From assembly GCA_043228905.1 (NCBI GenBank), contig JBHGNT010000021.1, forward strand, positions 6,572,001 through 6,636,000: DNA of 64,000 bases. Direction: 5' to 3'. A program made the position numbers and the translations under genes. This DNA comes from Azolla caroliniana. Lineage: Eukaryota; Plantae; Polypodiophyta. Shown here one piece after another: positions 24,054 to 35,388 of this stretch (its first letter is position 1; the number at the start of each line of letters is the position of its first letter). Below the pieces are notes generated by a model that was given only the letters and a program-made list of their open reading frames with translations, did not search any database and had not been told where the DNA came from.

Positions 24054-27000
24054 TGTCGAATACATGTGTATAATGGACGTATTCACACTATCTCGTCTTG
24101 GCCATTTATGTAATTAGCATAAAGGGTAGTTGCCCTAAGTCGGTCACTATATATAGTGACCTTGTAACCTTTTTGTAAGGTTGGCTGTTGTATTATTGCT
24201 TTGGGTAATAGAAAGTCTTTTGTGTGTCTCTCTCTCTCTCTCTCTGTGCAACGACATACAAACAGTCATACACAGGTATTCTGGACAGCAAACGAATGCT
24301 ACTTGATCTTCCGCAAAGACGACATTGCTTCCAACATCTGGTATCAGAGCCTGCACAGTAGTCGGTCCCTCAATCCGCTGTCGGCCGTCGTCTCAGCATT
24401 CGGTTTCCTGCGTCATTCGAAGAAGAGAGAAGAAGGAAAAAAAAAAACCAGGTTTGCATCTCATCGCGTTAGATCATCTTTGTTTGGAGTAAGCCAGCAG
24501 GTTGTACTCCGTTCCTTGTGATTGTAACCGCTCGAGGTGAAATCCCCTTGTGCAACATTGACACGATCGTGCTCCACCCGGTTAAACGGCATCCGAAGAG
24601 GTAATCAAACGCCGCTCGTTGTAACCACTCGGTGCAGATCGGTCTCAAGACGACAACCCCAAATTCGTGCTTCATCAGGCTGATCGACATTCGAGAGGAT
24701 CAGTTAGATCCATCTCTCTCGTCGCTGCAGTCACCCGAAGCAGAATCGGTCCAGATAATCGGTTTTAATAATCGGTATTCGGCATATATATCCGAAGCGA
24801 ACCGGGCTCACTCCGACTCGGCAACATTCGGGAAGACCAGTCGGTTCTGTCCCTCAAGCTACCGAAGTCAATTCGAGCAAGTTCCGAAGCCGAACCGACT
24901 CGGGTTCAAATCCGACTAGAACAATATCGGGTGAGCCAACCGGCTGCACTCCAACAAGGTCCGTAGTCAACTCCGAACCGAGCTTCGTTAACCGAAACCG
25001 AATTTGATGGCATCAACATCCGGCTCGTCAGAAATGAGTCTACGAAAGTTCGATGGATCGAACTTCAACTTCTGGAAGGAACAAATGCAGGACTATCTCA
25101 TAGTCAAGGGGCAAATCGATCCCATCGAAAATGAAGAACCTCCAGAAGGATACAAACCAATTGAGTGGCAGAAGCTGGACAGAATCGTCCGCGCCACGAT
25201 TCGGATGCACCTATCGGAATCGGTATACTTTACGGTGCAATCGTGTACGACAGCATTCGAACTGTGGATAACACTGTCGGACACTTACGAAAAGAAGGTC
25301 GCCGCAACGAAGATGTTTCTGATCCGGCGCCTCTACAACTTGCGGATGAAAGAATCCGATTCGGTTCAAGCACACCTCAATGAGTACGAAAGCATAAGCT
25401 CCCAAATCTCGTCACAGGGGACGGCAATCGAGGATGAACTCAGAGCAATGATACTCATGAGCAGCCTTCCCTCATCATGGGAAACTTTCGTCACAACTGT
25501 GTGCAACGCGTCAACCACGGCTGTTAAATACTCCGAAGTCACGAGCGCAATCCTGACCGAAGCAGCTCGGAGAAAGTCTTTCGCCAAAGACTCAACAGAC
25601 GACGCTTACGTAGTACAAGGTTCGACAGAACGATCGAACATACGAGGAAGAGATTCCTCACGACCGCCGAACAATCAGCGAAGACGGAGCCAGTCACGGG
25701 ATAACCGAATCTGCAACTATTGCAAGAAACCCGGACACATCAAAGCCGACTGCCGCGCACTCAAGAACAAGAACAACAAGAAGAGTGGCCGGCATGAGGA
25801 GATCAATTACGTCAGCTTCTCAGCTGATGTACTACCGGACGACCCGAATATACTATCAATCGAAAATCCAGTCGGATCAGAAGTTCTACTCACGACTGAA
25901 GAATCGAGCACATGGCTCTTAGATTCGGGCGCGTCATTTCACGTGACTCCTCATCGATCCCAATTTCGGCAATACACGATCCGTCACTCCGACTCAGTTC
26001 GGGTCGGTAACTCGCAACACTGTGACATCATCGGAATCGGCACAGTAGAGCTCAACCTTGCAGGTGGCTCTACACTTGTACTCCACAATGTCCGACATGT
26101 ACCCGAGCTCTCAAGGCCATTGATCTCAGTCGGACAACTAGATGAAGACGGCATTCGTGCCGGTTTTTCTTCGGGAGGGTGGACACTCCACAGGGGGAAC
26201 CTCCTGCTTGCTAGAGGACCCAAGATACACTCCCTGTATCCGTTACATGTTACGCTCAGAGAGGGTAACCTGTTTTTGGTGGATATTCCTGTGTCATCAC
26301 TATGGCACCGAAGATTAGGACACCTCAGCAAGGCCGGCATCACGCACCTATCTAGAGCCGGATACATCCCCAAACTCTCCTTCTCTGACCATCAATTCTG
26401 CGAGCATTGCCAGTATGGCAAACAAGCAGCCACATCACACCCGACATCAGCACCAAGAGAATCGAGACCTCTCGATTTGGTCCACTCGGACGTCTGTGGC
26501 CCAATGCCGCATCAGTCTCTCGGTGGTGCCTCTTACTTCGTCACTTTTATTGACGATTCGACTCGAAAGGTGTGGGCTTATCCAATTCGCACCAAAGATC
26601 GGGTCTTCTCGATCTTCACCGATTGGCTCGCTATGGTAGAAAATCAAACCGACCGAAAGCTGAAATGCTTTCGGACAGACAATGGGGGAGAGTTTAAATC
26701 CGAAGAATTCGTCAAATTCTGCCGACAACGCGGCATCCGACGTGAATTTACGGCACCACACAGTCCGGAGCAAAACGGAATTGCCGAACGCATGAATCGG
26801 ACAATCCAAGAACGGATAGTTTCCATGCTCCAACACTCCGGACTGTCGGATGGCTTCTGGGCAGAGGCTCTACTCACGGCAGTACACATAATCAATATGT
26901 CGCCAAGTAGACCTCTAGGACTTCAAATTCCTCAGGAACTATGGATCGGCAGTAAGCCGAATTACGACAAGCTGAGGATCTTCGGATGCGAGGCGTACGC

Positions 27001-29496
27001 CCTTATTCCGAAAGATGATCGCCGAAAACTTGCACCTCGGTCCAGGAAATGCATTTTCCTTGGATATGGATCCGACGGCGAAATGGGATACCGACTCTGG
27101 GACCCCGAACGCAAACAAATCGTTCGAAGTTCGGACGTTGTGTTCAACGAGTCGGCTATGAATCCATCAGTCGAAAAACCGATCGAAGTCCGAAGGGTAA
27201 CATTTTCCGATGTGCCGACCCTTCAAGAAGGCCCCGCTCTTAACACACTGTCAGCTTCACGGGTAGTTGAACCTTACACTACCGACTCGGACAACCCCGA
27301 CTCGGCACAGCAGAACAATCCGCTTTCGGACCATCCGACCCCGATACCCGATGCGACCAGTCCAATCATACCTCGACGATCCGAGAGACTGTCGCAACCT
27401 CCGGAGAGGTATTCTCCTGCAATCTTCTTCACCGACGCCGGCGAACCGACGTCTTACGAAGAAGCATCGACATCTGTCGATTCCGCCACCTGGCATCTGG
27501 CGATGGAGTCGGAAATGCACTCCATTCGGGCAAACAAGACTTGGGATCTGGTCGAATTACCTAGGAACCGACGTGCTCTTCCTTGCAAGTGGGTTTATCG
27601 ACTAAAAGAGACGTCAGATTCGACCACCCCAAAGTACAAGGCCAGATTAGTTGCGAAGGGCTTCCGACAAGAATATGGCGTCGACTTCGACGAGATTTTT
27701 TCACCAGTGGTGAAAATGACAACCCTTCGTTTCCTACTCGGCGTAGTGGCAGCCGACAACTTGGAGCTGATTCAGCTAGATGTCAAAACAGCCTTCCTCC
27801 ATGGTGATCTCGAGGAGGAAATTTATATGGAGCAGCCAAAAGGCTTCGTGGCAACCGGCCAAGAACATCTAGTCTGCCGACTCAGGAAGAGTCTATACGG
27901 CCTCAAACAGGCACCGCGACAATGGTACAAGAAGTTCGACGACTTCATCCAATCGATCGGCTTCTCAAAAAGCGATGAGGACCATTGTCTCTTCACCAAC
28001 ACAGCTCAAGATGGATCACCCATCTTCCTCATCATTTACGTGGACGACATGCTAATTTCTGGACGCCACGCGGGCGAACTTGCCGATCTCATTCGGCAAC
28101 TGCGGTTGAAGTTTGCCATGAAGGACCTCGGTCCGGCACGACACATACTCGGCATGAAGATCAGTCGGCATCGCGACAAACGACACCTTTTTTTGTCTCA
28201 GACCGACTATATCGGACGTGTCTTGGAACGCTTCAGCATGCAATCAGCCAAATCTGCTTCAACCCCGCTCCCTATGAATCTTCGGCTCTCTCAGCGAGAC
28301 TGCCCGACATCCGGTCCGGAGGGGGAAGATATGAAGTCGGTACCGTATGCACCGGCAGTCGGCTCTCTTATGTACCTGATGGTCGCGACACGGCCTGATA
28401 TTTCTCACGCCGTAGGAGTCGTTAGCAGATTCATGCACAATCCTGGCCGATCGCATTGGAACGCAGTCAAGCATGTGTTCAGATATCTGGCTGGCACAAA
28501 AGACCATGGCATTCTTTTCGGACCGAACCGAACCTCAGGCGTAGTCGGTTACACCGACTCGGACTTCGCCGGCTGTATAGACAGTCGGAAATCAACAACC
28601 GGATACTGCTTCAAATTCGGCAATGGAGCAATCTCGTGGAAGTCGAAACTTCAGGAGTGCACAGCGACCTCAACGACCGAAGCAGAATATGTAGCTGCGT
28701 CCGACGCGGCAAAAGAAGCTTTGTGGCTCGGTCGGCTGGCGCACACGTTTCGACAAGTCGACCATGACTCGACTCCAGTTGTCTACAGCGACAGTCAAGG
28801 TGCTGTTGCTTTGTCGAAAAATCCGGTTCACCACAACGCCTCCAAACATATCGACGTTCGATATCACTTCGTTCGGGACTGCGTCATTTCAGGGAAAATC
28901 GGTCTAGAGAAAATATCCACAACCGACAATGTCGCAGATGGAATGACCAAGTGTCTTTCGGCAGATCGCTTTCGGTCTCTTCGGCATCAGATGGGCGTAA
29001 CGACAAACCAGTCCGGTTAGAGCCGGACACAGAGCAGGATGGTTCCCGACAACCGACATCAGTTCCTTAATGATCGGCTTCAACTGTTCCGACCCGACCA
29101 GTTCGGTCTTCTGCCTTCGGACCCTGCCGACTCGAACAAAGCTGATATGTCCGAGAACCTAAGTCTATACCTGTAATCTTAGATAACCCATGTATACGCC
29201 CATTACGGGGGAGTGTCGAATACATGTGTATAATGGACGTATTCACACTATCTCGTCTTGGCCATTTATGTAATTAGCATAAAGGGTAGTTGCCCTAAGT
29301 CGGTCACTATATATAGTGACCTTGTAACCTTTTTGTAAGGTTGGCTGTTGTATTATTGCTTTGGGTAATAGAAAGTCTTTTGTGTCTCTCTCTCTCTCTC
29401 TCTCTGTGCAACGACATACAAACAGTCATACACAGGTATTCTGGACAGCAAACGAATGCTACTTGATCTTCCGCAAAGACGACATTGCTTCCAACA
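24054..29496 (+). mobile_element. Intact, very young Ty1/copia element D
   Basis: 283-bp LTRs 24054-24336 and 29214-29496 differing at one base; TSD CCCGG at 24049-24053 and 29497-29501; PBS TGGTATCAGAGCC 24339-24351 (tRNA-iMet); short PPT GGGGGAG 29207-29213; one uninterrupted ORF. Confidence 0.98.
25007..29020 (+). CDS. Ty1/copia Gag-Pol polyprotein (1337 aa from the first ATG)
   Basis: FDGSNFNFWK; knuckle CNYCKKPGHIKADC; PR WLLDSGAS; WHRRLGH...CEHC; INT VHSDVCGP/FIDD/RTDNGGEF/QNGIAER; RT LDVKTAFL/LYGLKQAPRQW/YVDD; RH GYTDSDFAG/TEAEY/ADGMTK. Confidence 0.97.
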   Translation: MASTSGSSEMSLRKFDGSNFNFWKEQMQDYLIVKGQIDPIENEEPPEGYKPIEWQKLDRIVRATIRMHLSESVYFTVQSCTTAFELWITLSDTYEKKVAATKMFLIRRLYNLRMKESDSVQAHLNEYESISSQISSQGTAIEDELRAMILMSSLPSSWETFVTTVCNASTTAVKYSEVTSAILTEAARRKSFAKDSTDDAYVVQGSTERSNIRGRDSSRPPNNQRRRSQSRDNRICNYCKKPGHIKADCRALKNKNNKKSGRHEEINYVSFSADVLPDDPNILSIENPVGSEVLLTTEESSTWLLDSGASFHVTPHRSQFRQYTIRHSDSVRVGNSQHCDIIGIGTVELNLAGGSTLVLHNVRHVPELSRPLISVGQLDEDGIRAGFSSGGWTLHRGNLLLARGPKIHSLYPLHVTLREGNLFLVDIPVSSLWHRRLGHLSKAGITHLSRAGYIPKLSFSDHQFCEHCQYGKQAATSHPTSAPRESRPLDLVHSDVCGPMPHQSLGGASYFVTFIDDSTRKVWAYPIRTKDRVFSIFTDWLAMVENQTDRKLKCFRTDNGGEFKSEEFVKFCRQRGIRREFTAPHSPEQNGIAERMNRTIQERIVSMLQHSGLSDGFWAEALLTAVHIINMSPSRPLGLQIPQELWIGSKPNYDKLRIFGCEAYALIPKDDRRKLAPRSRKCIFLGYGSDGEMGYRLWDPERKQIVRSSDVVFNESAMNPSVEKPIEVRRVTFSDVPTLQEGPALNTLSASRVVEPYTTDSDNPDSAQQNNPLSDHPTPIPDATSPIIPRRSERLSQPPERYSPAIFFTDAGEPTSYEEASTSVDSATWHLAMESEMHSIRANKTWDLVELPRNRRALPCKWVYRLKETSDSTTPKYKARLVAKGFRQEYGVDFDEIFSPVVKMTTLRFLLGVVAADNLELIQLDVKTAFLHGDLEEEIYMEQPKGFVATGQEHLVCRLRKSLYGLKQAPRQWYKKFDDFIQSIGFSKSDEDHCLFTNTAQDGSPIFLIIYVDDMLISGRHAGELADLIRQLRLKFAMKDLGPARHILGMKISRHRDKRHLFLSQTDYIGRVLERFSMQSAKSASTPLPMNLRLSQRDCPTSGPEGEDMKSVPYAPAVGSLMYLMVATRPDISHAVGVVSRFMHNPGRSHWNAVKHVFRYLAGTKDHGILFGPNRTSGVVGYTDSDFAGCIDSRKSTTGYCFKFGNGAISWKSKLQECTATSTTEAEYVAASDAAKEALWLGRLAHTFRQVDHDSTPVVYSDSQGAVALSKNPVHHNASKHIDVRYHFVRDCVISGKIGLEKISTTDNVADGMTKCLSADRFRSLRHQMGVTTNQSG

Positions 29497-29987
29497 CCCG
29501 GCTCGTGTCCAGAATGGTTCGGTCAAGCGCTGAAAGGCGCGCAAAGCGTTCTTCAAACTCCCGGAGGAGTGCCGACGCGTTTCTTCCCTTGCCGGGGGTC
29601 TCCACCCATTTCATGAAGTCTCGTTTCGAAAGCCGGAGCGCGTCGTCCAGCCCGTATTTTTCTAGGAGTCGGCCTTCGAACTCCTCCCAGGTACGGCTCT
29701 CCGCCCGCACCTCGAGCACCTCCGCATGGATGCTCGGCATCGCCACTCGAGGGAACCCGGCAAGACGCCTCTCTTCCGGAATGTCCCGCATCAGCATTTC
29801 TACCCCGTAGGACGCCAAATTCTTCGTGGCATCCTTTCCGCTGAACCGGCTGATCGTACCGACAACCGCCTCAATGGCTCTGTCGAGGGCACCGGTGCCC
29901 TCGCGTGTGCTCAATATCCGATCCACGGCCGAAGCCATGGCCTCTGCAAGATCCGACCCCCTCATCTTCTGCTCTTCTGCTACCTCT

Positions 29988-30005
29988 TTCACGTCGGGTT
30001 CACCA
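29988..30005 (-). other. tRNA-Trp PBS of gypsy C
   Basis: Minus strand TGGTGAACCCGACGTGAA, 3 nt from the LTR end at 30009. Confidence 0.8.
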
Positions 30006-30008
30006 AGA

Positions 30009-30651
30009 TGTCGAGGTATTCCTCGCGGATGCGTGGAATGAGGCGGGGCCTCGGGGGTCTTGTACCGAAGAGCAAGAGACAAAGGAGAAGTGAAGAGACC
30101 CACTACGTGCGAGCGTAGATTCACAGGGACACGGCCCTTCGAAACAAAGACGCGAGTGGGACGCCGACGCAGAGAAACACGAATGTAGGTATATATATAT
30201 TAACAAAGACAAACAACAAGAAGCACGAAGTCGGTTACAACCGAACAGGCCGGCGAACAGATGCCGATGCCTGTTCGTAAACGCTCAGAAAGAAAGGAGT
30301 AGGTTGGAGGTGCTGCCGGAACCACCTGGGCATTCCTCAGAGCAGCGCGAGCCTCCTAAAACTTGCACAGAAAGAAGCTACGGAGTTTGGAAGAGAGAGA
30401 AGCCTTCGGCCGACAACCCGACAGCACTTCGTCCTCTCTATCCGCGATCCGTTCCTCCTCCTCGTCTCCCCCCTTTTATAGGCAAGAAAGGAGCCGTTTC
30501 CCATTAACTCCCTTCCTACCGAATCTACCTACCTAGGATCTTCTATGTACCTAATTCTCTCTTATGTACAACATAAGGCGTACGTGCATGAAGAGCCGGT
30601 TCCTACGCTTCGGTGCACCGATTCCACTTGTGGACGGTTTTCTTCGCGACA
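30009..30651 (-). repeat. 5' LTR (643 bp) of gypsy C
   Basis: TGTCG...CGACA termini; copia A RT sequence (RYVSGTKDQGLLY) resumes immediately after 30651. Confidence 0.9.
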
Positions 30652-31812
30652 TCGGTATGTTAGCGGCACGAAGGACCAGGGACTATTATACCTACACGGT
30701 ATAGCTAGGACGCTAGTCGGATATACCCATGCCGACTAGGCTAGTGAGGCATCGGATCACCGATCCACCTCCGATTATATGTTTTCTCTTGGTAGCGCGG
30801 TTGTTGCATGGAGTAGCAAAAAGCAGCCAACAGTGGCTCTGTCGAGTACTGAGGCTAAATACCAGGGCGCTACCATTGCCACCTATGAAGCCATCTAGCT
30901 TCGGCGACTGTTGGGTGACCTCCGGATCGAGGTGCCGACCCCGATCCTGATCCACTGTGACAACATGAGCAACATACAGCTCGCCAAGAACCCAGTGTTC
31001 CATGCTCGGACAAAGCACATAGAATTGCATTATCACTTTGTTCATGAGCGGGTCTTGAGCGGTGAAGTTGAACTTCGGTATGTTCACACGAATCGGTAGG
31101 TTGCCGACATCTTCACCAAGCCGCTCAGGTCGGAGCCCAGTCGGACAAGTTGCAGAATTTTTCGGAGATTCTCGGCCTACAACATCTCAATTTGCCGCAC
31201 TTGAGGGGGAGAACAAGAACGGGAATGGATGGCACCGGACAAGGAGCCGAAGAGGAAGAAAGAACCAATGGGGGAGATAAGCAGAAAAAGGAATTCAAGT
31301 CGACCGAAGGAGTCAGCACATCCGAACAAGTCGGAGCAAGCAGCAGCGGAGGCAGAGTCAAGAAGGACAAAGCCGATCGGAAGAAGGCCAAGACCCAGAC
31401 GTGGTCCGATGTGGTGAAGGTCCTAAAAACGAAAGACGAGTTGGAGACTACCAACTCAGACAAGAGTTGGAGCGAATTGAAGGAAGCCAATTCAGTTCAA
31501 GATTCGGAGAAGCAGGATCAACTAAAGGCCAAGCAAACGAGAAGGTAGCGGAAGTTGACACCGACACGGAGGAATCGATGGATCGACAAGCGTCGGAGTC
31601 ATAACATCGAAGGAACTGAAATGGGCCTGTTAAGCAATCAAGTCGACCAAGGAGGTCGGGGTGCATAGTATCGGACGGGTCGCGGGAAGTAGAACCGGAC
31701 CCGATGAGGAGCACGAGCAAGGCGGGAGGACATCAGAAGGAGCCGGAGGAAAGGACCAGCTACTACAAACACTGACACCATGATCTGACCTCAAGTTGAG
31801 CTTGAGGGGGAG

Positions 31813-32227
31813 TGTTGAGCGAGCAAGCTCAGTCGGATCCGGATCGGTGTCCGGATGATATCCAGAACCAGGAGTCGGATCGGAATGAAACTGGTAGGCC
31901 GTTAGAGGCCTATGGATCCAGCCTAGTACGTAGGCATATTTTTGGGAATCAGAGACAGTCGCTCGTATGAGCATTGAAGTACCTATCAGTACTTCTGTCA
32001 GTCCTTTATGGACTTGTATAAAAGTGCTCTCTGAGCACATTCTATGTACACAAAATATTGAGAGTATTATTTGAATAGAGTTTTATGTTATGCTCTCTCT
32101 CTCTATCTATCTATCTCTCCTATGTATGCTTATTCTCTATGTGAAGCTTCCATTAAACCTTCTTCTCTTTACTGTTGCTATCCGGCTAAGCCAGTTTGTC
32201 AAACGCTTCCGCACATTTACCTTGACA
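31813..32227 (+). repeat. 3' LTR of copia A
   Basis: Preceded by the PPT and followed by TSD ATCTT. Confidence 0.93.
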
Positions 32228-35151
32228 ATCTTCTCCCTCGGCAACAAAGCCATATCTTGGAGCAGCAAGAAACAGTCGATAGTCGCACTGTCAAGCACAA
32301 AAGCCGAATACAGGGGCGCGTTCATCATTGCATGTGAAGCAGTTTGGCTTAAAAGAATCTTGAAGGATATGGGTGTTCCCATCATGGATCCGATTCTCCT
32401 TTACTGCGACAACATGAGCAATATTCATCTGGCTCGGAACCCAGTCTTTCACACTTGGATCAAGCACATTGAGGTGCATTATCACTTCATTTGAGAGCAT
32501 GTCCTAGCTTGAGATATCGACTTGCAACACATCAGTACGAATCTGCAAATAGTTGACATCTTCACGAAGGCCCTAGGAGTTGACAAGCTACAACAATTCA
32601 TGATGAACCTCGGTCTTTCGACCACTAACCAGCCAAGCTTGAAGGGGAGTAAGGATAAGGAGCCATCCAACCATCCACAGCCAAAGCCGGAGTCGACTCA
32701 GAGCCGATCCGAAGACCAAACCAGTCAGAACCAACTATCCAGCGACCAGAAGTTGTGTTTGAGGGGGCATGTTGAGAATCAAACTCAACTTCCCTAGTGT
32801 GGGAACATACCTTAGTATACTCAAGCATGTGAACACTCCTAGTTTATAGTAACTAGTGTGTCATAGAACTTAAAGTCCTATGACACATATTTCATAAGTA
32901 GTAAAGACTCCACCTCTTTCCCAAGAGGGGGTTCTACTGAGAGAACTTAGAGAGAAGGTGACTACATAAGCACTTTCTCCTTCTCTTTGTAATTGTTGGT
33001 TCATGCTTGCTTTTTGTTAATACAATTTTCTTATTTTCTGTATACATTGTGTTCTCTCTCTCACTCACACACACATTGTGTTCTGTATACATTGCCAATT
33101 CTTCTTGAGTCCCAGTCATAGTCAGGCTACCATGTTGCACTAGGCTTAAACTTAGGCAAATTGTGTGCCATATTCTTTTCTTCTAACATCTTCTTCTTTA
33201 GTTCAGTTTGGTTGTAATGCAAAGTGTTGACTCATATATTCGTATTGTATGAGAGGGTGTATACAATTGACTATCTATATGTAGACCACTCATCAAAGGG
33301 TGCCTAAAAACAAATTGATCATAGGCTAGAGATGACATTCCAATAAGAGTACTAGACATGACTTATCAAAAAGATGGCTAATTGTATCTTGGAATAGCTT
33401 GGAATAGCTTGGAATGTGTCTACAAAATAACTTTCAGATTAGTTGACTAGTTTTCTCTACTTTGGAGTACATAGATTGCTTTCCTCAAACCATCATCTTA
33501 TAAAGATGAGTTGGGAAAAATATTTTGTATGTTGTTGTTATGACTTTTCTAAAAACTAATGGAAGGATATGTTCTTTTGAAAAAAAGAAAAGAGGGCTAA
33601 TTGTTGGTAAGGTAATATGAATGACTCATCAAAATAAATATTAAGAAAAACTCATTGCAAGGAAGGATTAGAGACAAATCACCAATAAGGTATTATTAAC
33701 AACTCCCAACATGAGTACTAGGAACAACTCATGACTAGAAAGGCAGAAGATGAATCATTCATACAATACTAGGAATGACTTGTCAATAAGGCAACACGGG
33801 ATGAATTGTTCCTAGGAAGGCTAGACACAAGTCGTTGAGGGACTACTAAGAATGAATTGTCGGTAGGAAACTATGGACAAATCATTACTAGCAAAGTAAC
33901 AACTATTGTCTTAAATTTTGTAATGGACAAAAAAACAATCAACCCAACATAGTAAATCCAAAAATTTTGAAAAAGACCCCAGCCAACTAATGGAAAATAT
34001 TGATTAGCAATAAGCAAAATTTAGGGTAATAGAAAAAAAACAAGGAAAATGTACCAAAGGAAAGGAGGGTGAAGATTATAGCTTTGTCTATCTAGGACAC
34101 CTTGTAGCCTGTGAGCTACATGGGAAAATATAAGAGAAACATGGCTAGCAAATTCTAAAAAAGTGGGAAGATATTTTAATAAATGAAATCACATTGTTTT
34201 CATTTGTGCATGTGTTTTGTTGTGTATTTTTTTCTAATTGGGCCTAAAGCTCATGGGTTAATACTTTACAAAGCATAAAGAATCGTGTTATGTTCAATCA
34301 TGTGTTTGTGATCTATCACTGGAGCCTATATAATCTATCCTACAGGTCAAGGGTCTGAGACCTTAGCAAAACTCCTATGCAAATTATATTTCACTATGTG
34401 ATCACAACTTGCAAGTAGAGGCATGATGCTTGTCGGTACACATGTGACGCACATTCACAACAATGACATATTCTAGGCTACCGCGGCGAACTCCCTAATC
34501 ACATACCCCTCTCAAATTATACAAACAATAAAAAAGTTTAACTTAATGTATGACTTCACTCATGCTTAATCAATCAAACTTGAGGGAAAAAGAAAATTCA
34601 ATGCAAAGTTAACCAACAAAATCTCTTTTACTTCATGACCACACTTACACAAGTTGTAGTTGAAGCTCTTAAGGTTAGAGTGTAAGTCTTAAAATCAATA
34701 AAAGAAATTTCAGCTAAGCTTAGAACTAAGAGTGGGAGTGCACAAGACATTAAGAGGGCTCTAGGTTGAGGAAAGGCTCAAAATAACAAGGTATAAAGAT
34801 TATATTTTTCATCTTTATATGTCTTTTAAACTTGTCTATCTATTTTTATGTCCCTTTCCACATTTTTTAAACTTTGGCTTAGGTTCTTCTATTCTTCTTA
34901 TGGGTGCCTAGCTTGCGTAACAAGTTGGGAATGCCTTCTCTACATTTTTTGTATTGGGTTTCGGTTCCATAGACATTGGGGATTATCATGTAATTGGCAT
35001 GTGCAAAATGTCATTGTCCTTGATGCTCAACATGGGGTTCATGGATACATTCGACCATTAAAAGACATGTTGGTATGAAAAATCTTATTGTTGGAGACTT
35101 CAAGGAAACTGACACAAGAGGAGCTTGGGAATTGTACGACATCATAAATTG

Positions 35152-35388
35152 CATTATAGATTCATTATAATGAATCCAAAGATATATGCAATGTCAATTA
35201 TTTTAGACAAAAAAGAGAATATCTCACTTTGAATCTTGAAACGAACTCAAACATTTCATGTTATTTTTTCTCATTATAAGTTCATTATAATGAATCCAAA
35301 GAGTATGCAATGTCAAAAAATTTAGACAAAAAGAGAATATCTCACTTTGAATCTTGAAAAGAACTCAAACATTTCATGTTATTTTTTG
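35152..35388. repeat. Two-copy tandem duplication of about 120 bp
   Basis: TTCATTATAATGAATCCAAAGA...GAGAATATCTCACTTTGAATCTTGAAA...CATTTCATGTTATTTTTT occurs twice. Confidence 0.9.

Larger units (their letters stand above)
19067..30651 (-). mobile_element. Ty3/gypsy element C with tRNA-Trp PBS; 3' end deleted; gag interrupted by copia D
   Basis: 5' LTR 30009-30651; PBS 29988-30005; gag knuckle CMWCDEVGHIRKDC; PR LVDHGSEIN; RT DLYSGYDQ/PQGGTNS/FLDD; RNase H VDTSPSGIG; INT WMVDLV...RRWFGPY; domain order PR-RT-RH-INT; inserted into the RT of copia A. Confidence 0.94.
11738..32227 (+). mobile_element. Ty1/copia element A (decayed, with nested insertions and an internal deletion)
   Basis: LTRs 11738-12183 and 31813-32227; TSD ATCTT at 11733-11737 and 32228-32232; iMet-like PBS TGGTAGTAGAGC at 12184; gag knuckle CWYCGKKGHTEREC; PR WYVDSGAS; INT start to 14009; RT end and RNase H at 30652-31200; PPT GAGGGGGAG. 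Confidence 0.93.
11530..33188 (+). mobile_element. Old 5'-truncated Ty1/copia remnant (host of the nest): RT end and RNase H at 11530-11737 and 32228-32769, 3' LTR about 32770-33188
   Basis: SYPVGLLSQF...AKRVLLYVSGT...EGYTIAEWAG...STSGFI| continues as FSLGNKAISWSSKKQSIVALSSTKAEY after the inserted element; PPT GAGGGGGCA then TGTTGAG; the LTR end (TCTAACA) is approximate. Confidence 0.85.

Noticed and set aside
29988-30005. tRNA-Trp-like sequence (also 773-790) as a tRNA gene
   Set aside because: Only the 3' 18 nt including CCA are present, directly beside an LTR; this is a PBS, not a gene.
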